Assembly (NCBI GenBank): GCA_964654465.1 | Contig: CAZZIO010000065.1 | Coordinates: 1 to 64,000, forward strand | Source: an uncultured Dictyoglomota bacterium | Lineage (GTDB): Bacteria; Dictyoglomota; Dictyoglomia; Dictyoglomales; Dictyoglomaceae | DNA: 64,000 bases | Direction: 5' to 3' | Part shown: positions 8,644 through 19,620 of the stretch, piece after piece | Numbering within the stretch: the first letter of the stretch is position 1 | Layout: each line of letters starts with the position of its first letter | The notes under the pieces: generated by a model | The model's database searches: none | What the model was told of the DNA's origin: nothing | What the model saw: only the letters and a program-made list of their open reading frames with translations | Position numbers and translations under genes: made by a program

Positions 8644-11146
8644 AAATCTCTATACTTCCTAACTTCTCCATCTCTATATTAAGATTCTTATCCCCACCAC
8701 ATTTACTCATATAAGCATTTATAAATCTTTTCATTGAATTTTTGGGCTTAAGAATATAGACATTATTCAGTTTTACAGAGTAAGCAAAAGGATAAAATAT
8801 AGTGTAATTTGACAAGAGAAAAATATTTAAATCTCTTAAGGCTTGTAAGAATAAAATAAATTCATCTAAGTAAATAATTTTCCTTACTTTAATAATATCA
8901 CCAGAAAAAGATAAATCCATATTATTATTGAAAGTTTTATTCTCTATTACAACTTTAGTATAAAGGTTATAAAATTCCCCTTCTTTTCTCTTTAGTATAA
9001 AGGACTCTATAACAGCCACTTTTTCCTTATTCAACCTTTGAAAATAAAGCTTTGTTATAAGTTCTTCAAGAAATCCTGGCTTTCTAACCATAAACCCTTT
9101 AGAGTCTTTAGGATAACTCTCTAAAACCTTTGTATCTTTAAGAAGCTGAATATCCAAAAGAAGTTTTTCATTATGTAAAAAAACTATATTAAGGGGAATT
9201 CTTATTTCAAAAATCTCATCTAATGCCCAAAATATATCCTCACTTAAAGATGTTTTATTGTCCTTTGATATTTCTAAGGATAACATTTCTTTAGTATAAT
9301 CCCTAAAATTTAATTTTAAGGATATTCCTTTATCAAAGAAATCACTCGCCTTACCATTCTTTATATCAATCCTTATATAAAGATTCTCAAGATCATAGCC
9401 ATAATATATTCTCTTTATTAATCCATCCTCCTCCAAAAGATTTAAAGAAGAAAGCACCCACTCATCTTGGAAAGAAACTTTCCCGTCTATTTTAGGAGTA
9501 AAAATAAAAAATTCTCTTGATTTCCAAATAGGATTTTTAAAGACAATAGGAAAATCCAAAAAAGTAGGATAATCTTTATCTATTGATTTAAAAACATTCT
9601 TTAAATGCACTCTAAATATATAATCAAATACCTCATCATGGCCTGAATCTTGATCATCTCCATACCACCAGAACCAATCACTCCCCTCCGCAGCCCATAA
9701 GCTTTTCCAATCTAAACTATTCTTATCAAAATAGGCTTTTTTAATCCCCCTTTCTAAATAGGCTCTAACTAAACTCAAATAATCCCAAGCCAAATTTTCT
9801 TCAAGCTCTCCAATCCAAGTAGTAAGATCAGCATTTATCCAGGATCCTGTAAAAATATAGTTTAAAGTATCCTTTGGAGGATTTTTAAGTATAAACTCTC
9901 CAACCGTTGTAGTTTCAACTTCATTAGAATCTTCAATCAATGTATAAAGATGCCTTAAAAAATCTCTACCATCATTATCATAATATTCCCAGCAGTTTTC
10001 ACCATCCAAAGCAATAGTCAATAGATAAGACTGATCCATAGGTAATCTATCCTTTATTTTAATTATTCTCTCATATAGATCCTTAGCTGCATCATAGGGA
10101 TCCATATTCATATAAACAAAGCCTATCCTATCTGATAAGAACTGATCTCTAAATACCACATTAACTTCCTTACCATTAATATTTACTCTATACGGTTTAT
10201 ACAAAATTTCTGGATTTAAAATATTTCCATTACTATTTCTCACCATCTCTTTTCTAATAGTTTTTCCAAGAATTTTCTCATCTGTAATTATCCACTTTAT
10301 ATTAAGCTCAGAGCATAAAACTATAACCTCTGGAGAAACAGCCTCTTCAGAAGGCCACATTCCTATAGGTTCTCTTGAAAAAATTTTTTTATAATATTCC
10401 TTTCCTAAAATTATTTGAGCTTTTGCATCTTCAGGATAAGAAAAGCTAAAAGAAGGTAAAGGTAAATCTGGAGTAGATATCTTAGCATTCTCGGTACTTA
10501 CAAGAAGTGGTAATATGGGATGAAAAAAGGGAGAAAAAGTTATTTCTATTTGCCCTGAATCTTGCATCTCTTTATAAAGAGAAAATAAATTTTTAATTAT
10601 ATAAAACTGTTTCTCTATCAGTTTTACTTTTTCCTCTTCATTAAAAAATCTTCCTTTTTTACATAATCCTCTCAAAAATTCATCCTTTTCCCTAAATTCA
10701 GGATCAAACCAAGCCAGATTATATAAAACCTGCAAATCTAAATAATCCTGATTAGAATAATCTTCATTTTTTAACTTTTTATCATACAATTCTTTAAACC
10801 TATCAAAAATAAACCCCATTTTCTCCTTATTAAGCAGAAAAAAGTTGTCTTTAATAAATTTTCTCTCATTTTCATTTAAATCCTCCACTTTTTTAAGTGT
10901 ATATTCAAGCCAAAGATCCGTAGTTGTCCCATTTAAATATTCTTCAATTTGCATTAGTAAACTTGGAACTAAATTAAAAGTTTGCTTAATTTTGGGAAAA
11001 TCTCTTAATATGGACACCATATTGTAGTAATTTTTAATTGCATGAAGCCTCACCCATGGAAAAAGGGAAAGATTATTAATAGTATCTTTATAATAAGGTT
11101 GATGCATGTGCCATACAAAAGCTATATATAATTTGTTTTCATTCAT
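8633..11146 (-). CDS. Glycoside hydrolase family 57 (amylopullulanase-like) with C-terminal extension
   Basis: WHMHQP, GMWPSE, ALDGENCW, GSWI, EGSDWFWW; GGAGG RBS favours ATG at 11146. Confidence 0.9.
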   Translation of the reverse strand: MNENKLYIAFVWHMHQPYYKDTINNLSLFPWVRLHAIKNYYNMVSILRDFPKIKQTFNLVPSLLMQIEEYLNGTTTDLWLEYTLKKVEDLNENERKFIKDNFFLLNKEKMGFIFDRFKELYDKKLKNEDYSNQDYLDLQVLYNLAWFDPEFREKDEFLRGLCKKGRFFNEEEKVKLIEKQFYIIKNLFSLYKEMQDSGQIEITFSPFFHPILPLLVSTENAKISTPDLPLPSFSFSYPEDAKAQIILGKEYYKKIFSREPIGMWPSEEAVSPEVIVLCSELNIKWIITDEKILGKTIRKEMVRNSNGNILNPEILYKPYRVNINGKEVNVVFRDQFLSDRIGFVYMNMDPYDAAKDLYERIIKIKDRLPMDQSYLLTIALDGENCWEYYDNDGRDFLRHLYTLIEDSNEVETTTVGEFILKNPPKDTLNYIFTGSWINADLTTWIGELEENLAWDYLSLVRAYLERGIKKAYFDKNSLDWKSLWAAEGSDWFWWYGDDQDSGHDEVFDYIFRVHLKNVFKSIDKDYPTFLDFPIVFKNPIWKSREFFIFTPKIDGKVSFQDEWVLSSLNLLEEDGLIKRIYYGYDLENLYIRIDIKNGKASDFFDKGISLKLNFRDYTKEMLSLEISKDNKTSLSEDIFWALDEIFEIRIPLNIVFLHNEKLLLDIQLLKDTKVLESYPKDSKGFMVRKPGFLEELITKLYFQRLNKEKVAVIESFILKRKEGEFYNLYTKVVIENKTFNNNMDLSFSGDIIKVRKIIYLDEFILFLQALRDLNIFLLSNYTIFYPFAYSVKLNNVYILKPKNSMKRFINAYMSKCGGDKNLNIEMEKLGSIEIYGL

Positions 11147-11222
11147 TATATGAACCTCCATATATTAATACGTGTTAAAAATCAAGTGTATAATATCATT
11201 ATATCCTTTTATCATCAAGTAA

Positions 11223-11251
11223 TTGACGATTATTAGGTTAAGTGTTATAAC
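11223..11251 (+). promoter_or_regulatory. sigma70-type promoter of the ABC transporter operon
   Basis: TTGACG, 17 bp, TGnTATAAC. Confidence 0.7.
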
Positions 11252-11268
11252 AAAGAAAAAAAGAAGGG

Positions 11269-11391
11269 AGGGAGAGAATAAATTGTATGAGTAGTAAGAA
11301 TGAAGACGTAATTCCGAGATGTAACTCTTTCATTACTACAATACAAAGGAAAGGAGATAAGATATCATGGAAAAAAGTAGATTCTCTCCCT
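11269..11391 (+). ncRNA. Putative structured cis-regulatory leader RNA, family not identified
   Basis: 11-bp closing stem 11269-11279/11381-11391 enclosing an interrupted hairpin (11283-11346), ending just before the RBS. Confidence 0.4.
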
Positions 11392-11413
11392 TACGTAAAG
11401 GAGGCCAGAGAAA

Positions 11414-13126
11414 ATGCCCAGGCTAATCTGGTCTCCAATAAAATATCGAAAATTTTCTGTTGGAGACATAATAATATTCCTCTTTATAGGAAGTATTATT
11501 TACTCCATTGCAACCTTAAATACTATCTATTCAAAACCCACCCAACAAATATATCTTGATCTATCCCCCCTAAAACTTCCCCTTTATGCTATCTTTTCAC
11601 TTATAAGAATGATCTTCGCTTATATTATTTCTTTAATTTTTACCATTGTATATGCCTATACTGCGGCCTATAAGAAAAACTTGGAAAAGATATTAATTCC
11701 TCTCCTTGACATTCTCCAATCCATACCTGTCTTGTCCTTTTTACCACCTGTATTTATGGCAGTAATATCACTTTTTCCTGGCTCCAAAATAGGACTAGAG
11801 CTTACATCTATTATATTAATATTTACAGGACAAGTATGGAACATGGTATTTAGTTTTTATCAATCCCTAATATCCATACCCCGAGATCTCAGAGAAGCAG
11901 CTAAGGTTTTAAAGCTAAATCCTTGGCAAAGGTTTTGGAATTTAGAATTACCATGTGCTGCTATAGGCCTCATATGGAACAGTATGATGTCCTGGGCTGG
12001 GGGCTGGTTTTTCCTTATGGCCTGTGAGATGTTTACATTAACAAATCAAAATTTCGTATTACCAGGCATTGGCTCTTATCTATCATTTTCAGCCATAGAA
12101 GGAGACTTAACAAAACTATTCTATGGCTTATTTACATTAATTATTGTGATCATACTTTTAGATCAATTAGTATGGAGACCTCTTATTGCATGGGGACAAA
12201 AATTTAAAATAGAATTTGTTCAAGATGAAGAAACTTATGAATCAAGAGTATTATTATGGTATCGACGTTCAAGAATATTTGAATTTATAAAAAACCATAT
12301 CGCTGATCCTTTAAAAGAGAAATTAAACCAATGTTTTGTAAGATATTATACGGAGAAAACTCTAAAAGCCCAAAATATATCTATATTTCCAAAGATATTA
12401 AATATTATTGTATCTTCCCTCTTAGGATTATTAGTATTAAGAGGAGTCTTCGGATTATTAAATCTATTAATTAAATTACCTTTAACTACCTGGGAAGAAA
12501 TTCTTACTGCTGCACTCCTAACCCTTTTAAGAGTATCCTTAGCAGTTATTATTACTTTATTATGGACCTTACCTTTAGGTGTAAAAATTGGAATGAATAC
12601 AAAACTTTCTAAAATATTACAACCAATAGTACAAATAGTTGCATCCATTCCTGCAACAGCCATATTTCCTATTATCATTATGTATCTTATAAAACTACCA
12701 GGAGGGCTAAATTTAGCAAGTATTATTTTAATGTTATTAGGTACTCAATGGTATCTACTTTTTAATATTATTGCAGGAGGTATGTCTATTCCAAAAGATC
12801 TTATCGAAGTTTCCAAACTTCTTAAACTTGGTAGAAAAGAACAATGGAAAATACTTATATTACCTTCCATATTACCTTACTTGGTAACTGGTGGTATTAC
12901 AGCAATGGGAGGAGCATTTAACGCGAGTATTGTTTCTGAATATATAGAATTTCAAAATAAGGTGGTAAAAATAAAGGGTCTTGGAGCTTTGATAACTGAA
13001 GCCTCAAGTACAGGAAATAATGCTCTCCTTGCTGGAAGTACTATTACTATGGCTATCATGGTGGTGACTATAAACCGTTTATTCTGGAAAAGATTATTTA
13101 AGAAATCAGAAGAAATGCTATCATGA
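11414..13126 (+). CDS. NitT/TauT-type ABC transporter permease with duplicated permease domain
   Basis: LDILQSIPVLSF, EAA loop, NSMMSWAGGWFFL, GGAFNASIVSEY. Confidence 0.9.
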   Translation: MPRLIWSPIKYRKFSVGDIIIFLFIGSIIYSIATLNTIYSKPTQQIYLDLSPLKLPLYAIFSLIRMIFAYIISLIFTIVYAYTAAYKKNLEKILIPLLDILQSIPVLSFLPPVFMAVISLFPGSKIGLELTSIILIFTGQVWNMVFSFYQSLISIPRDLREAAKVLKLNPWQRFWNLELPCAAIGLIWNSMMSWAGGWFFLMACEMFTLTNQNFVLPGIGSYLSFSAIEGDLTKLFYGLFTLIIVIILLDQLVWRPLIAWGQKFKIEFVQDEETYESRVLLWYRRSRIFEFIKNHIADPLKEKLNQCFVRYYTEKTLKAQNISIFPKILNIIVSSLLGLLVLRGVFGLLNLLIKLPLTTWEEILTAALLTLLRVSLAVIITLLWTLPLGVKIGMNTKLSKILQPIVQIVASIPATAIFPIIIMYLIKLPGGLNLASIILMLLGTQWYLLFNIIAGGMSIPKDLIEVSKLLKLGRKEQWKILILPSILPYLVTGGITAMGGAFNASIVSEYIEFQNKVVKIKGLGALITEASSTGNNALLAGSTITMAIMVVTINRLFWKRLFKKSEEMLS

Positions 13127-13147
13127 TAATTAGGAGGTATTTAAATT

Positions 13148-14440
13148 ATGGAACTTCTTAAATTAGAAAATATAACTGTAAGCTTTACCTTTCCAGAGGG
13201 CATTGTTACAGTATTAGATAATATTAATTTTACAGTTAATGAAGGAGATTTTTTGGCCCTTTTAGGACCATCGGGATCTGGAAAATCAACCCTACTTAGA
13301 ATCATAGCAGGACTTATAAAACCTAATAAAGGAAAAGTATATTTTAAGGGTAAAGAAATAAAAGATATAAATCCTGGAGTAGCGATGGTATTCCAAAATT
13401 TTGCTCTATTTCCATGGCTTACTGTCTTAGAAAATGTGGAATTAGGACTAAAGGCAAAAGGTTTACCCCCTGAAGAAAGGAGAAAAAAGGCTACAGAAGC
13501 AATAGATTTGATAGGACTTGATGGTTTTGAGAATGCATATCCTAAAGAGCTTTCTGGAGGTATGAGACAGAGAGTAGGCTTTGCCAGGGCTTTAGTAATG
13601 GAACCTGATATTCTCCTTTTAGACGAGCCTTTTTCTGCCTTAGATGTATTAACAGCAGAAAACTTAAGAAATGACCTTATTGAATTATGGATAGAAAAAA
13701 GAATTCCAACTAAAGCTATAATTTTAGTTACTCATAGTATTGAGGAAGCTGTATATATGGCAGACAGAATCATTTTGTTAAGTAAAGATCCTGGAAGGAT
13801 AATTAAAGAAATAAGAATAAACATACCTCATTGGAGAGATAAAAAATCTCAAGAATTTTTGGAGATTGTAGATGAAATTTATAGCACCTTAACTGGTAAA
13901 CCATTGGAAAAGATCTTATGGAAAGAAAAAAGACATATTCATATTCCTGAAGCAAGCGTGGGTTCTATAACAGGATTAGTTGAACTTGTCAATGATTTAG
14001 AGGGGAAAGCTGATATATACAAATTAGGAGAGGAACTTCTCATGGACGTTGAAGATTTATTACCTATTGTAGAAGCCTGCGAACTTTTAGGTTTTGCTGA
14101 GGTTAAAGAAGGTGATTTAATACTTACTGAAGCTGGTAAAAAATTTGCAGAAGCAGATGTGTTAGAGAGGAAAGAAATTTTTAAAACTTTAGCAATTGAA
14201 AAAGTTCCATTCCTAAAGCAGATAGTCAAAGTTCTTCAATCAAAATCAAACCATAAAGTTCCAAGGGCTTTCTTTTTAGATTTATTAAGGAAAAACCTCA
14301 CACCAAAAGAGGCAGAAAGACAATTAGATACACTCATAGATTGGGGCCGATATGCAGAACTCTTTGAATATGATGATGATAAGGATGAGCTCTATTTGCC
14401 TGAAACATCAGAATTAATTAATCTTTCTTCGGAAACCTAA
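13148..14440 (+). CDS. NitT/TauT-type ABC ATPase with C-terminal AAA-associated domain
   Basis: GPSGSGKS, LSGGMRQR, DEPFSALD, C-terminal IDWGRYAELF. Confidence 0.92.
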   Translation: MELLKLENITVSFTFPEGIVTVLDNINFTVNEGDFLALLGPSGSGKSTLLRIIAGLIKPNKGKVYFKGKEIKDINPGVAMVFQNFALFPWLTVLENVELGLKAKGLPPEERRKKATEAIDLIGLDGFENAYPKELSGGMRQRVGFARALVMEPDILLLDEPFSALDVLTAENLRNDLIELWIEKRIPTKAIILVTHSIEEAVYMADRIILLSKDPGRIIKEIRINIPHWRDKKSQEFLEIVDEIYSTLTGKPLEKILWKEKRHIHIPEASVGSITGLVELVNDLEGKADIYKLGEELLMDVEDLLPIVEACELLGFAEVKEGDLILTEAGKKFAEADVLERKEIFKTLAIEKVPFLKQIVKVLQSKSNHKVPRAFFLDLLRKNLTPKEAERQLDTLIDWGRYAELFEYDDDKDELYLPETSELINLSSET

Positions 14441-14474
14441 TTTGTGTTAAAATAAATAATGGGAGGTTAGAATT

Positions 14475-14939
14475 TTGGAAACTGTTGTTATAAGTAGGAT
14501 AAGAATATTAACCTTTCTATTGACTTATACTTATGTTATATCCAATATATTTTTCGAAGACTTATTACAATATCTCGTAATATTATCTTCTATTTTTTAT
14601 AGTTTTATTCTTTATTACTTTTCATCCCACAATAAAATCAATGAAACTCTTATTATCTCAGTTTTAGATGAGATCTTTATTCTTATTCACCTGTTTACCT
14701 TTAAAAATTTTATCTCTAAATTTTTATTTCTCATATATCTTCCTGTAATAAAAGAAGTACTTTTTAGAAGGGATAAAGAAGCATTTCTATTAGGATTTAT
14801 ATGTAATGTAATAATTATTCTCTATTCTTTACAAAATACTCAATTTTTATCTCCCACCATATCCTTTTCTCTTATCCCTTTTTCCTTTCTTATTCCCTAT
14901 CTTTCTCTCCATTATACTAAGGAAAAGCCGGGAGGGTAG
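14475..14939 (+). CDS. Hypothetical multi-pass membrane protein
   Basis: GGGAGG RBS, TTG start, several hydrophobic segments. Confidence 0.65.
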   Translation: METVVISRIRILTFLLTYTYVISNIFFEDLLQYLVILSSIFYSFILYYFSSHNKINETLIISVLDEIFILIHLFTFKNFISKFLFLIYLPVIKEVLFRRDKEAFLLGFICNVIIILYSLQNTQFLSPTISFSLIPFSFLIPYLSLHYTKEKPGG

Positions 14940-14943
14940 AAAT

Positions 14944-16224
14944 TTGAAAAAAGGAAAGTTTTTCTTAATTCTCTTTATTCTTCTTCTATGGATCATTTCC
15001 ATTTCAGTTCCTGCCCAAGAGTCAGTATATATAATACCTATTAAAGGAACTATCGAATTAGGGCTTTCTTCTTTCGTAGAAAGAAGTATTAGAGAACATC
15101 CAAATGCAAAAGCTTTTATATTCGAAATTGATACATTTGGTGGAAGGGTAGATGCAGCCACAAAGATTAGAGATGCTATCCTTAATACTCCCATAACAAC
15201 CATTGCATATATAAAAGATAGAGCCTGGTCTGCAGGTGCATTAATAGCGCTTGCGTGTGAAAAAATCGCCATATCTCCATCTGGAAGCATTGGAGCAGCA
15301 GAACCAAGACCCGCAGAAGAAAAAATTATCTCTGCTCTTAAAGCTGAGTTCGAGAGTACCGCAAAGAAAAGAGGAAGAGATCCTAAAATAGCAGCAGGAA
15401 TGGTAGATGCAAGTATCTACATACCTGGTATAAAAGAAAAAGGTAAAATTCTTACATTATACGCAGAAGAAGCCAAAAAATTTAAATTCGCAGATCTTAT
15501 TGCTTCTAATATGGATGATGTACTAAATTTCTTCAAATTAAAGGATACAAATCTTGTAAAGCTTAATCCTACTTGGTCTGAAAATATTGTAAGATTTATA
15601 ACAGATCCAACAGTATCTAGTATCATTTTGACTATAGGAATGTTAAGTCTTTATGTAGCTATCTTTACCCCTGGATTAGGTGTTCCTGAAATATTAGCTA
15701 TTGTTTGTTTAGGTCTATTCTTTGGAGGGCATTATTTAGCAGGACTTTCGGGACTTGAAACAGTACTATTATTTTTATTAGGGCTTCTTCTAATTTTTAT
15801 AGAAATACATACCCCAGGATTTGGAATCTCAGGAATATTAGGTAGTGTCTCAGTATTTTTTAGTATATATCTTACTATAGCTCAAAAGGTTGGAACCACC
15901 CAAGCAATTCTTACAGGAATTTTTGTAGTATCTTCCCTTATTATATTTCTTATCTTCTACCTTCCAAGAAGCAGATTTTGGAAAATTTTAAACATCCCTC
16001 AAGATCAAAAGAAAGATTTAGGATACACTGCAGTTAAAGAAAGAACAGACCTTATTGGAAAAAAAGGGATAACTATAACAATGTTAAGACCTACAGGTTA
16101 TATTGAAGTAGATGGAGAAAAATTAGAGGCATATACAGAATCAGAATTCATTGAACCAAATACGGAGATTATAGTGGTAAAAGTAGAGGGAAATAAAATT
16201 TTTGTAAGGAGGAGTGAAAAATGA
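14944..16224 (+). CDS. nfeD: NfeD family membrane serine protease (YqeZ-like)
   Basis: DTFGG, AWSAGA, SIGAA, TM region, C-terminal LRPTG OB-fold. Confidence 0.9.
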   Translation: MKKGKFFLILFILLLWIISISVPAQESVYIIPIKGTIELGLSSFVERSIREHPNAKAFIFEIDTFGGRVDAATKIRDAILNTPITTIAYIKDRAWSAGALIALACEKIAISPSGSIGAAEPRPAEEKIISALKAEFESTAKKRGRDPKIAAGMVDASIYIPGIKEKGKILTLYAEEAKKFKFADLIASNMDDVLNFFKLKDTNLVKLNPTWSENIVRFITDPTVSSIILTIGMLSLYVAIFTPGLGVPEILAIVCLGLFFGGHYLAGLSGLETVLLFLLGLLLIFIEIHTPGFGISGILGSVSVFFSIYLTIAQKVGTTQAILTGIFVVSSLIIFLIFYLPRSRFWKILNIPQDQKKDLGYTAVKERTDLIGKKGITITMLRPTGYIEVDGEKLEAYTESEFIEPNTEIIVVKVEGNKIFVRRSEK

Positions 16225-17207
16225 GTTTAGTTTTAGGTTTTCTAATCCTAATCTTAGTTTTAATTTTCTTAGTAATATTCTTTAGCTTTGTTCCCTTAGG
16301 ACTTTGGATCTCCGCCCTTGCAGCTGGTGTACGAATAAAAGTTACTGATCTTATCGGAATGAGACTTAGAAGGGTACCCCCTGGAATAATAATTAATTCT
16401 CTAATTAAAGCTCATAAGGCAGGACTATCGGAAGTTACATTAGATAAATTAGAAGCTCATTATTTAGCAGGAGGTAATGTGGATAGAGTAGTAAATGCTC
16501 TTATCGCTGCACAAAGGGCTGGAATTCCTTTAACCTTTGAGAAAGCTGCTGCTATAGATCTTGCTGGAAGAGATGTCTTAGAAGCAGTACAAATGAGTGT
16601 AAATCCAAAGGTTATCGAAACTCCCACAGTTGCAGCTGTTGCCAAAGATGGTATTGAGCTGAAAGCTAAAGCAAGAGTAACTGTAAGAGCTAACATTGAG
16701 AGACTTGTGGGAGGAGCTGGCGAAGCTACCATAATAGCAAGAGTTGGAGAAGGTATTGTAACCACGATAGGTTCTGCAGAGAGCTATAAAGAAGTATTAG
16801 AAAATCCTGATAGTATATCAAAAACTGTACTTGCAAAAGGATTGGATGCTGGTACTGCCTTTGAAATAGTCTCTATAGACATTGCAGACGTAGATGTTGG
16901 AAATAACGTAGGTGCAAGACTAAAAATGGATCAGGCAGAAGCTGATATGAGAATCGCTCAGGCCCAAGCCGAAAGTAGAAGAGCTCTTGCTATAGCAAGA
17001 GAACAAGAAATGAAAGCTTTAACTCAAGAAATGAGAGCCAAATTAATAGAAGCAGAAAAAGAAGTACCATTAGCTGTTGCAGAAGCATTGAGAGCTGGTA
17101 AAATAGGTGTTTTAGATTACTATACTCTTAAAAATATTATGGCAGATACAGCCATGAGAGAAGCAATATCTAAACTTGGACAAACAAAAGAAGAAGGCAA
17201 AGATTAA
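16221..17207 (+). CDS. floA: Flotillin-like protein FloA (YqfA)
   Basis: [38 protein letters not shown]. Confidence 0.95.
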   Translation: MSLVLGFLILILVLIFLVIFFSFVPLGLWISALAAGVRIKVTDLIGMRLRRVPPGIIINSLIKAHKAGLSEVTLDKLEAHYLAGGNVDRVVNALIAAQRAGIPLTFEKAAAIDLAGRDVLEAVQMSVNPKVIETPTVAAVAKDGIELKAKARVTVRANIERLVGGAGEATIIARVGEGIVTTIGSAESYKEVLENPDSISKTVLAKGLDAGTAFEIVSIDIADVDVGNNVGARLKMDQAEADMRIAQAQAESRRALAIAREQEMKALTQEMRAKLIEAEKEVPLAVAEALRAGKIGVLDYYTLKNIMADTAMREAISKLGQTKEEGKD

Positions 17208-17208
17208 A

Positions 17209-17577
17209 ATGGAATGGATAGTATTTCTATATATATTATTCATAATTCTATCTGCCACTTTAAATGCCATTAAAGAAGTTAATAAACAGAAAAAAGTAGT
17301 TGTCATTAAACCAATAGAAGAAAAGTTGGAGAAAACGCCTAAGACTGAGTCCCCACCAAAAGAAAAAACTAAAGTTTTATCTACATTATACTCAGAAAAA
17401 CCAAGAATAGAGAGTAAAACAAAAGAAATTGTTCAAGGAAAAAAAATACAAGAAGAGCCCTCTTATATAGAGAAAAGCTTGAAAAATAATCTTCCAGAAA
17501 TTATAGCACTAATAGAGATTATGGGCCCACCAAGAGCTCTTCAAGGATGGAGTCCTCCATATAAGAGGAAAAATTAA
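17209..17577 (+). CDS. Hypothetical protein, YqfB-like position in the nfeD-floA operon
   Basis: ATG 2 nt after floA stop; N-terminal TM; C-terminal EIMGPPRA. Confidence 0.7.
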   Translation: MEWIVFLYILFIILSATLNAIKEVNKQKKVVVIKPIEEKLEKTPKTESPPKEKTKVLSTLYSEKPRIESKTKEIVQGKKIQEEPSYIEKSLKNNLPEIIALIEIMGPPRALQGWSPPYKRKN

Positions 17578-18214
17578 TTATTCTAAATTCTGAAAAATAA
17601 AATTCTTTAAAAAGGAAGAGACCCATCTTATTTTTCAAATCTTCAAAGTCTACATTACGGTGGGTCTCTTCTTTTATTGATGTTACTTCTTTATCTTTTA
17701 AACCACAAGGAATAATAAAAGAGAAAGGAGTCAAATCATTATTAACATTTAGAGCAAAACCATGATAAGAAACTCTTTTTTTAATTGCTACCCCTATGGC
17801 AGCAATTTTCTTATTTCCTACCCATACTCCTGGATTTTTGACATCAATCCCAGATTCTATTCTATACTCTTCTAATAGCTTTATTAAAGCATTTTCAATT
17901 TTAAAGATAAAATTTTTAACGCCTTCAACTCTAAAAACAAAATAACCCACTAATTGTCCTGGACCATGATAAGTTATATCTCCACCTCTATCCACATGAA
18001 AATATTCAATTCCTAAGCTATTAAGTTCTTCTTTCGTTTTTAAAAGATTTTCTTCCTTACCAAACTTTCCTAAGGTGATAACTGGATAATGTTCTAACAA
18101 AATCAAGGTATCTGGAATTAGATTTTCTACTCTTAAGGAATGCAATTTTCTTTGAAGTTCCCATGCATCTAAATATCTTACTTTGGGAAGATTAAGAATT
18201 ACTAATTGGCCCAT
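17519..18214 (-). CDS. lipB: Lipoyl(octanoyl) transferase
   Basis: LLEHYPVITLG, DRGGDITYHGPGQ, KIAAIG, HGFALN, IIPCG; start uncertain (18214 or 18226). Confidence 0.92.
   Translation of the reverse strand: MGQLVILNLPKVRYLDAWELQRKLHSLRVENLIPDTLILLEHYPVITLGKFGKEENLLKTKEELNSLGIEYFHVDRGGDITYHGPGQLVGYFVFRVEGVKNFIFKIENALIKLLEEYRIESGIDVKNPGVWVGNKKIAAIGVAIKKRVSYHGFALNVNNDLTPFSFIIPCGLKDKEVTSIKEETHRNVDFEDLKNKMGLFLFKEFYFSEFRIINFSSYMEDSILEELLVGP
17611..17675 (+). terminator. Inverted repeat inside lipB 3' end, candidate terminator for the nfeD-floA operon
   Basis: GAAGAGACCCA (17615-17625)/TGGGTCTCTTC (17661-17671), extendable with G-U pairs, followed by TTTT. Confidence 0.45.
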
Positions 18215-19580
18215 ATCTTTTATCAAGTTTTATACTCACTCTCTCATAACACTTCTTTATTATAAAAATATAAAAACCACAAATTGCCTTGAAAGATATA
18301 TCTGTAGCCATCGCAATCCAAGCTCCAACAAGGCCTAAACCAAGTTTAATAGAGAGTATATAAGCCAGTGGTATTCTTATTAACCACATACCTAAACCAC
18401 TATATATCATAGGAATTTTTGAAAATCCTGCTCCTCTTAAAGATCCAGACATTACATTAGCTGTTGCCAAAAAAGGCTGTATTATAGCAATAATTCTTAA
18501 AGCAGAACAACTCATTCTAATTACTTCTCTATCTCTGCTAAAAATCTGTACAAAATATTCTGGGACCAAAAATAAAATTAATCCTACTGTACCCATAAGT
18601 ATCACTGCTCTCTTCCATGCTTCTAACGAGGCTAAAAGAGCTTTTTTATCCTCTCCTGCCCCTTTAAACTGACCTACCAGAGCAGTTACAGTAACTCCAA
18701 AAGCAAAACCAGGTTGAAAAGAAAGAGACTCTACATTAAGAGATATTCTATGAGCAGCATAGACTTTTGTTCCCAACTTTAAAACGATAGTCGCATAAAG
18801 AAGAGCACCTACGTTAAAAAGTAGACTTTCTACTGATGTGGGTATACCTATTCTAAGAATTTGAAAAGCTTTCTCTTTTTCAATTTTTAAAGAAATAAAT
18901 CTAAAAGATTTAAAAAGCCTATTTTTATTATAGATTACAAGAAAAAGTACTATAACCCCCAAAAATCTTGAAATAGTTGTTGCCAAAGCAGCCCCAGCAA
19001 CTTCCATTTTGGGAAAACCAAATTTCCCAAAAACAAAAACGTAATCAAGAAATATATTAATAGTATTTGAAAAAATTGTTATGTAAAGAGGTATTCTTGT
19101 ATCACCAGCTCCCCTTAAAGCAGATGAAATTATATTCATATAGACCATAAGAATACCGGGAACAAGAATATATTTCAAATATAGAGATGTTTGTTTCAAA
19201 AGCTCCCCCTTAGCTCCTAACATCCTTAGGGTCTCATCTATACCAAATATGGCATAAAACAAAATTAAAATTGATAAATATAAACCAATATTTAAAGAAA
19301 TTTGTAAATAATCAGATAAATCTTTATATCTCTTTGCCCCTACACTATAAGCCACCATCACCATTGTACCCGTAGTAAGGGTTGAAATTATAGCAAGGAT
19401 CACATTAATTATCTGCATGCCAAAACCCACAGCAGCTAAAGCAGTTGCGCCTAAAAACCCAACAAAGATCATATCAACAAAACTAAATAGTAGTTGAAAA
19501 AGGTTCTCAAAAAGGACAGGTATAGAAAGAGTAATTACTTTTTTACCTATTTCTTTTCTTTCTTCATAGTCAAGCTCCAT
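18192..19580 (-). CDS. MATE family efflux transporter
   Basis: VDMIFVG, LRGAGDT, GAALAT, LRIGIP; about 12 TM segments. Confidence 0.93.
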   Translation of the reverse strand: MELDYEERKEIGKKVITLSIPVLFENLFQLLFSFVDMIFVGFLGATALAAVGFGMQIINVILAIISTLTTGTMVMVAYSVGAKRYKDLSDYLQISLNIGLYLSILILFYAIFGIDETLRMLGAKGELLKQTSLYLKYILVPGILMVYMNIISSALRGAGDTRIPLYITIFSNTINIFLDYVFVFGKFGFPKMEVAGAALATTISRFLGVIVLFLVIYNKNRLFKSFRFISLKIEKEKAFQILRIGIPTSVESLLFNVGALLYATIVLKLGTKVYAAHRISLNVESLSFQPGFAFGVTVTALVGQFKGAGEDKKALLASLEAWKRAVILMGTVGLILFLVPEYFVQIFSRDREVIRMSCSALRIIAIIQPFLATANVMSGSLRGAGFSKIPMIYSGLGMWLIRIPLAYILSIKLGLGLVGAWIAMATDISFKAICGFYIFIIKKCYERVSIKLDKRYGPISNS

Positions 19581-19620
19581 CGCTTTTTAAAGTCTCCTTT
19601 TACTATTTATCCCTCTAACT

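Noticed and set aside
11287-11559. 90-aa ORF upstream of the permease
   Set aside because: Overlaps the permease out of frame by 146 nt and has no recognisable domain; the region is better explained as a structured leader
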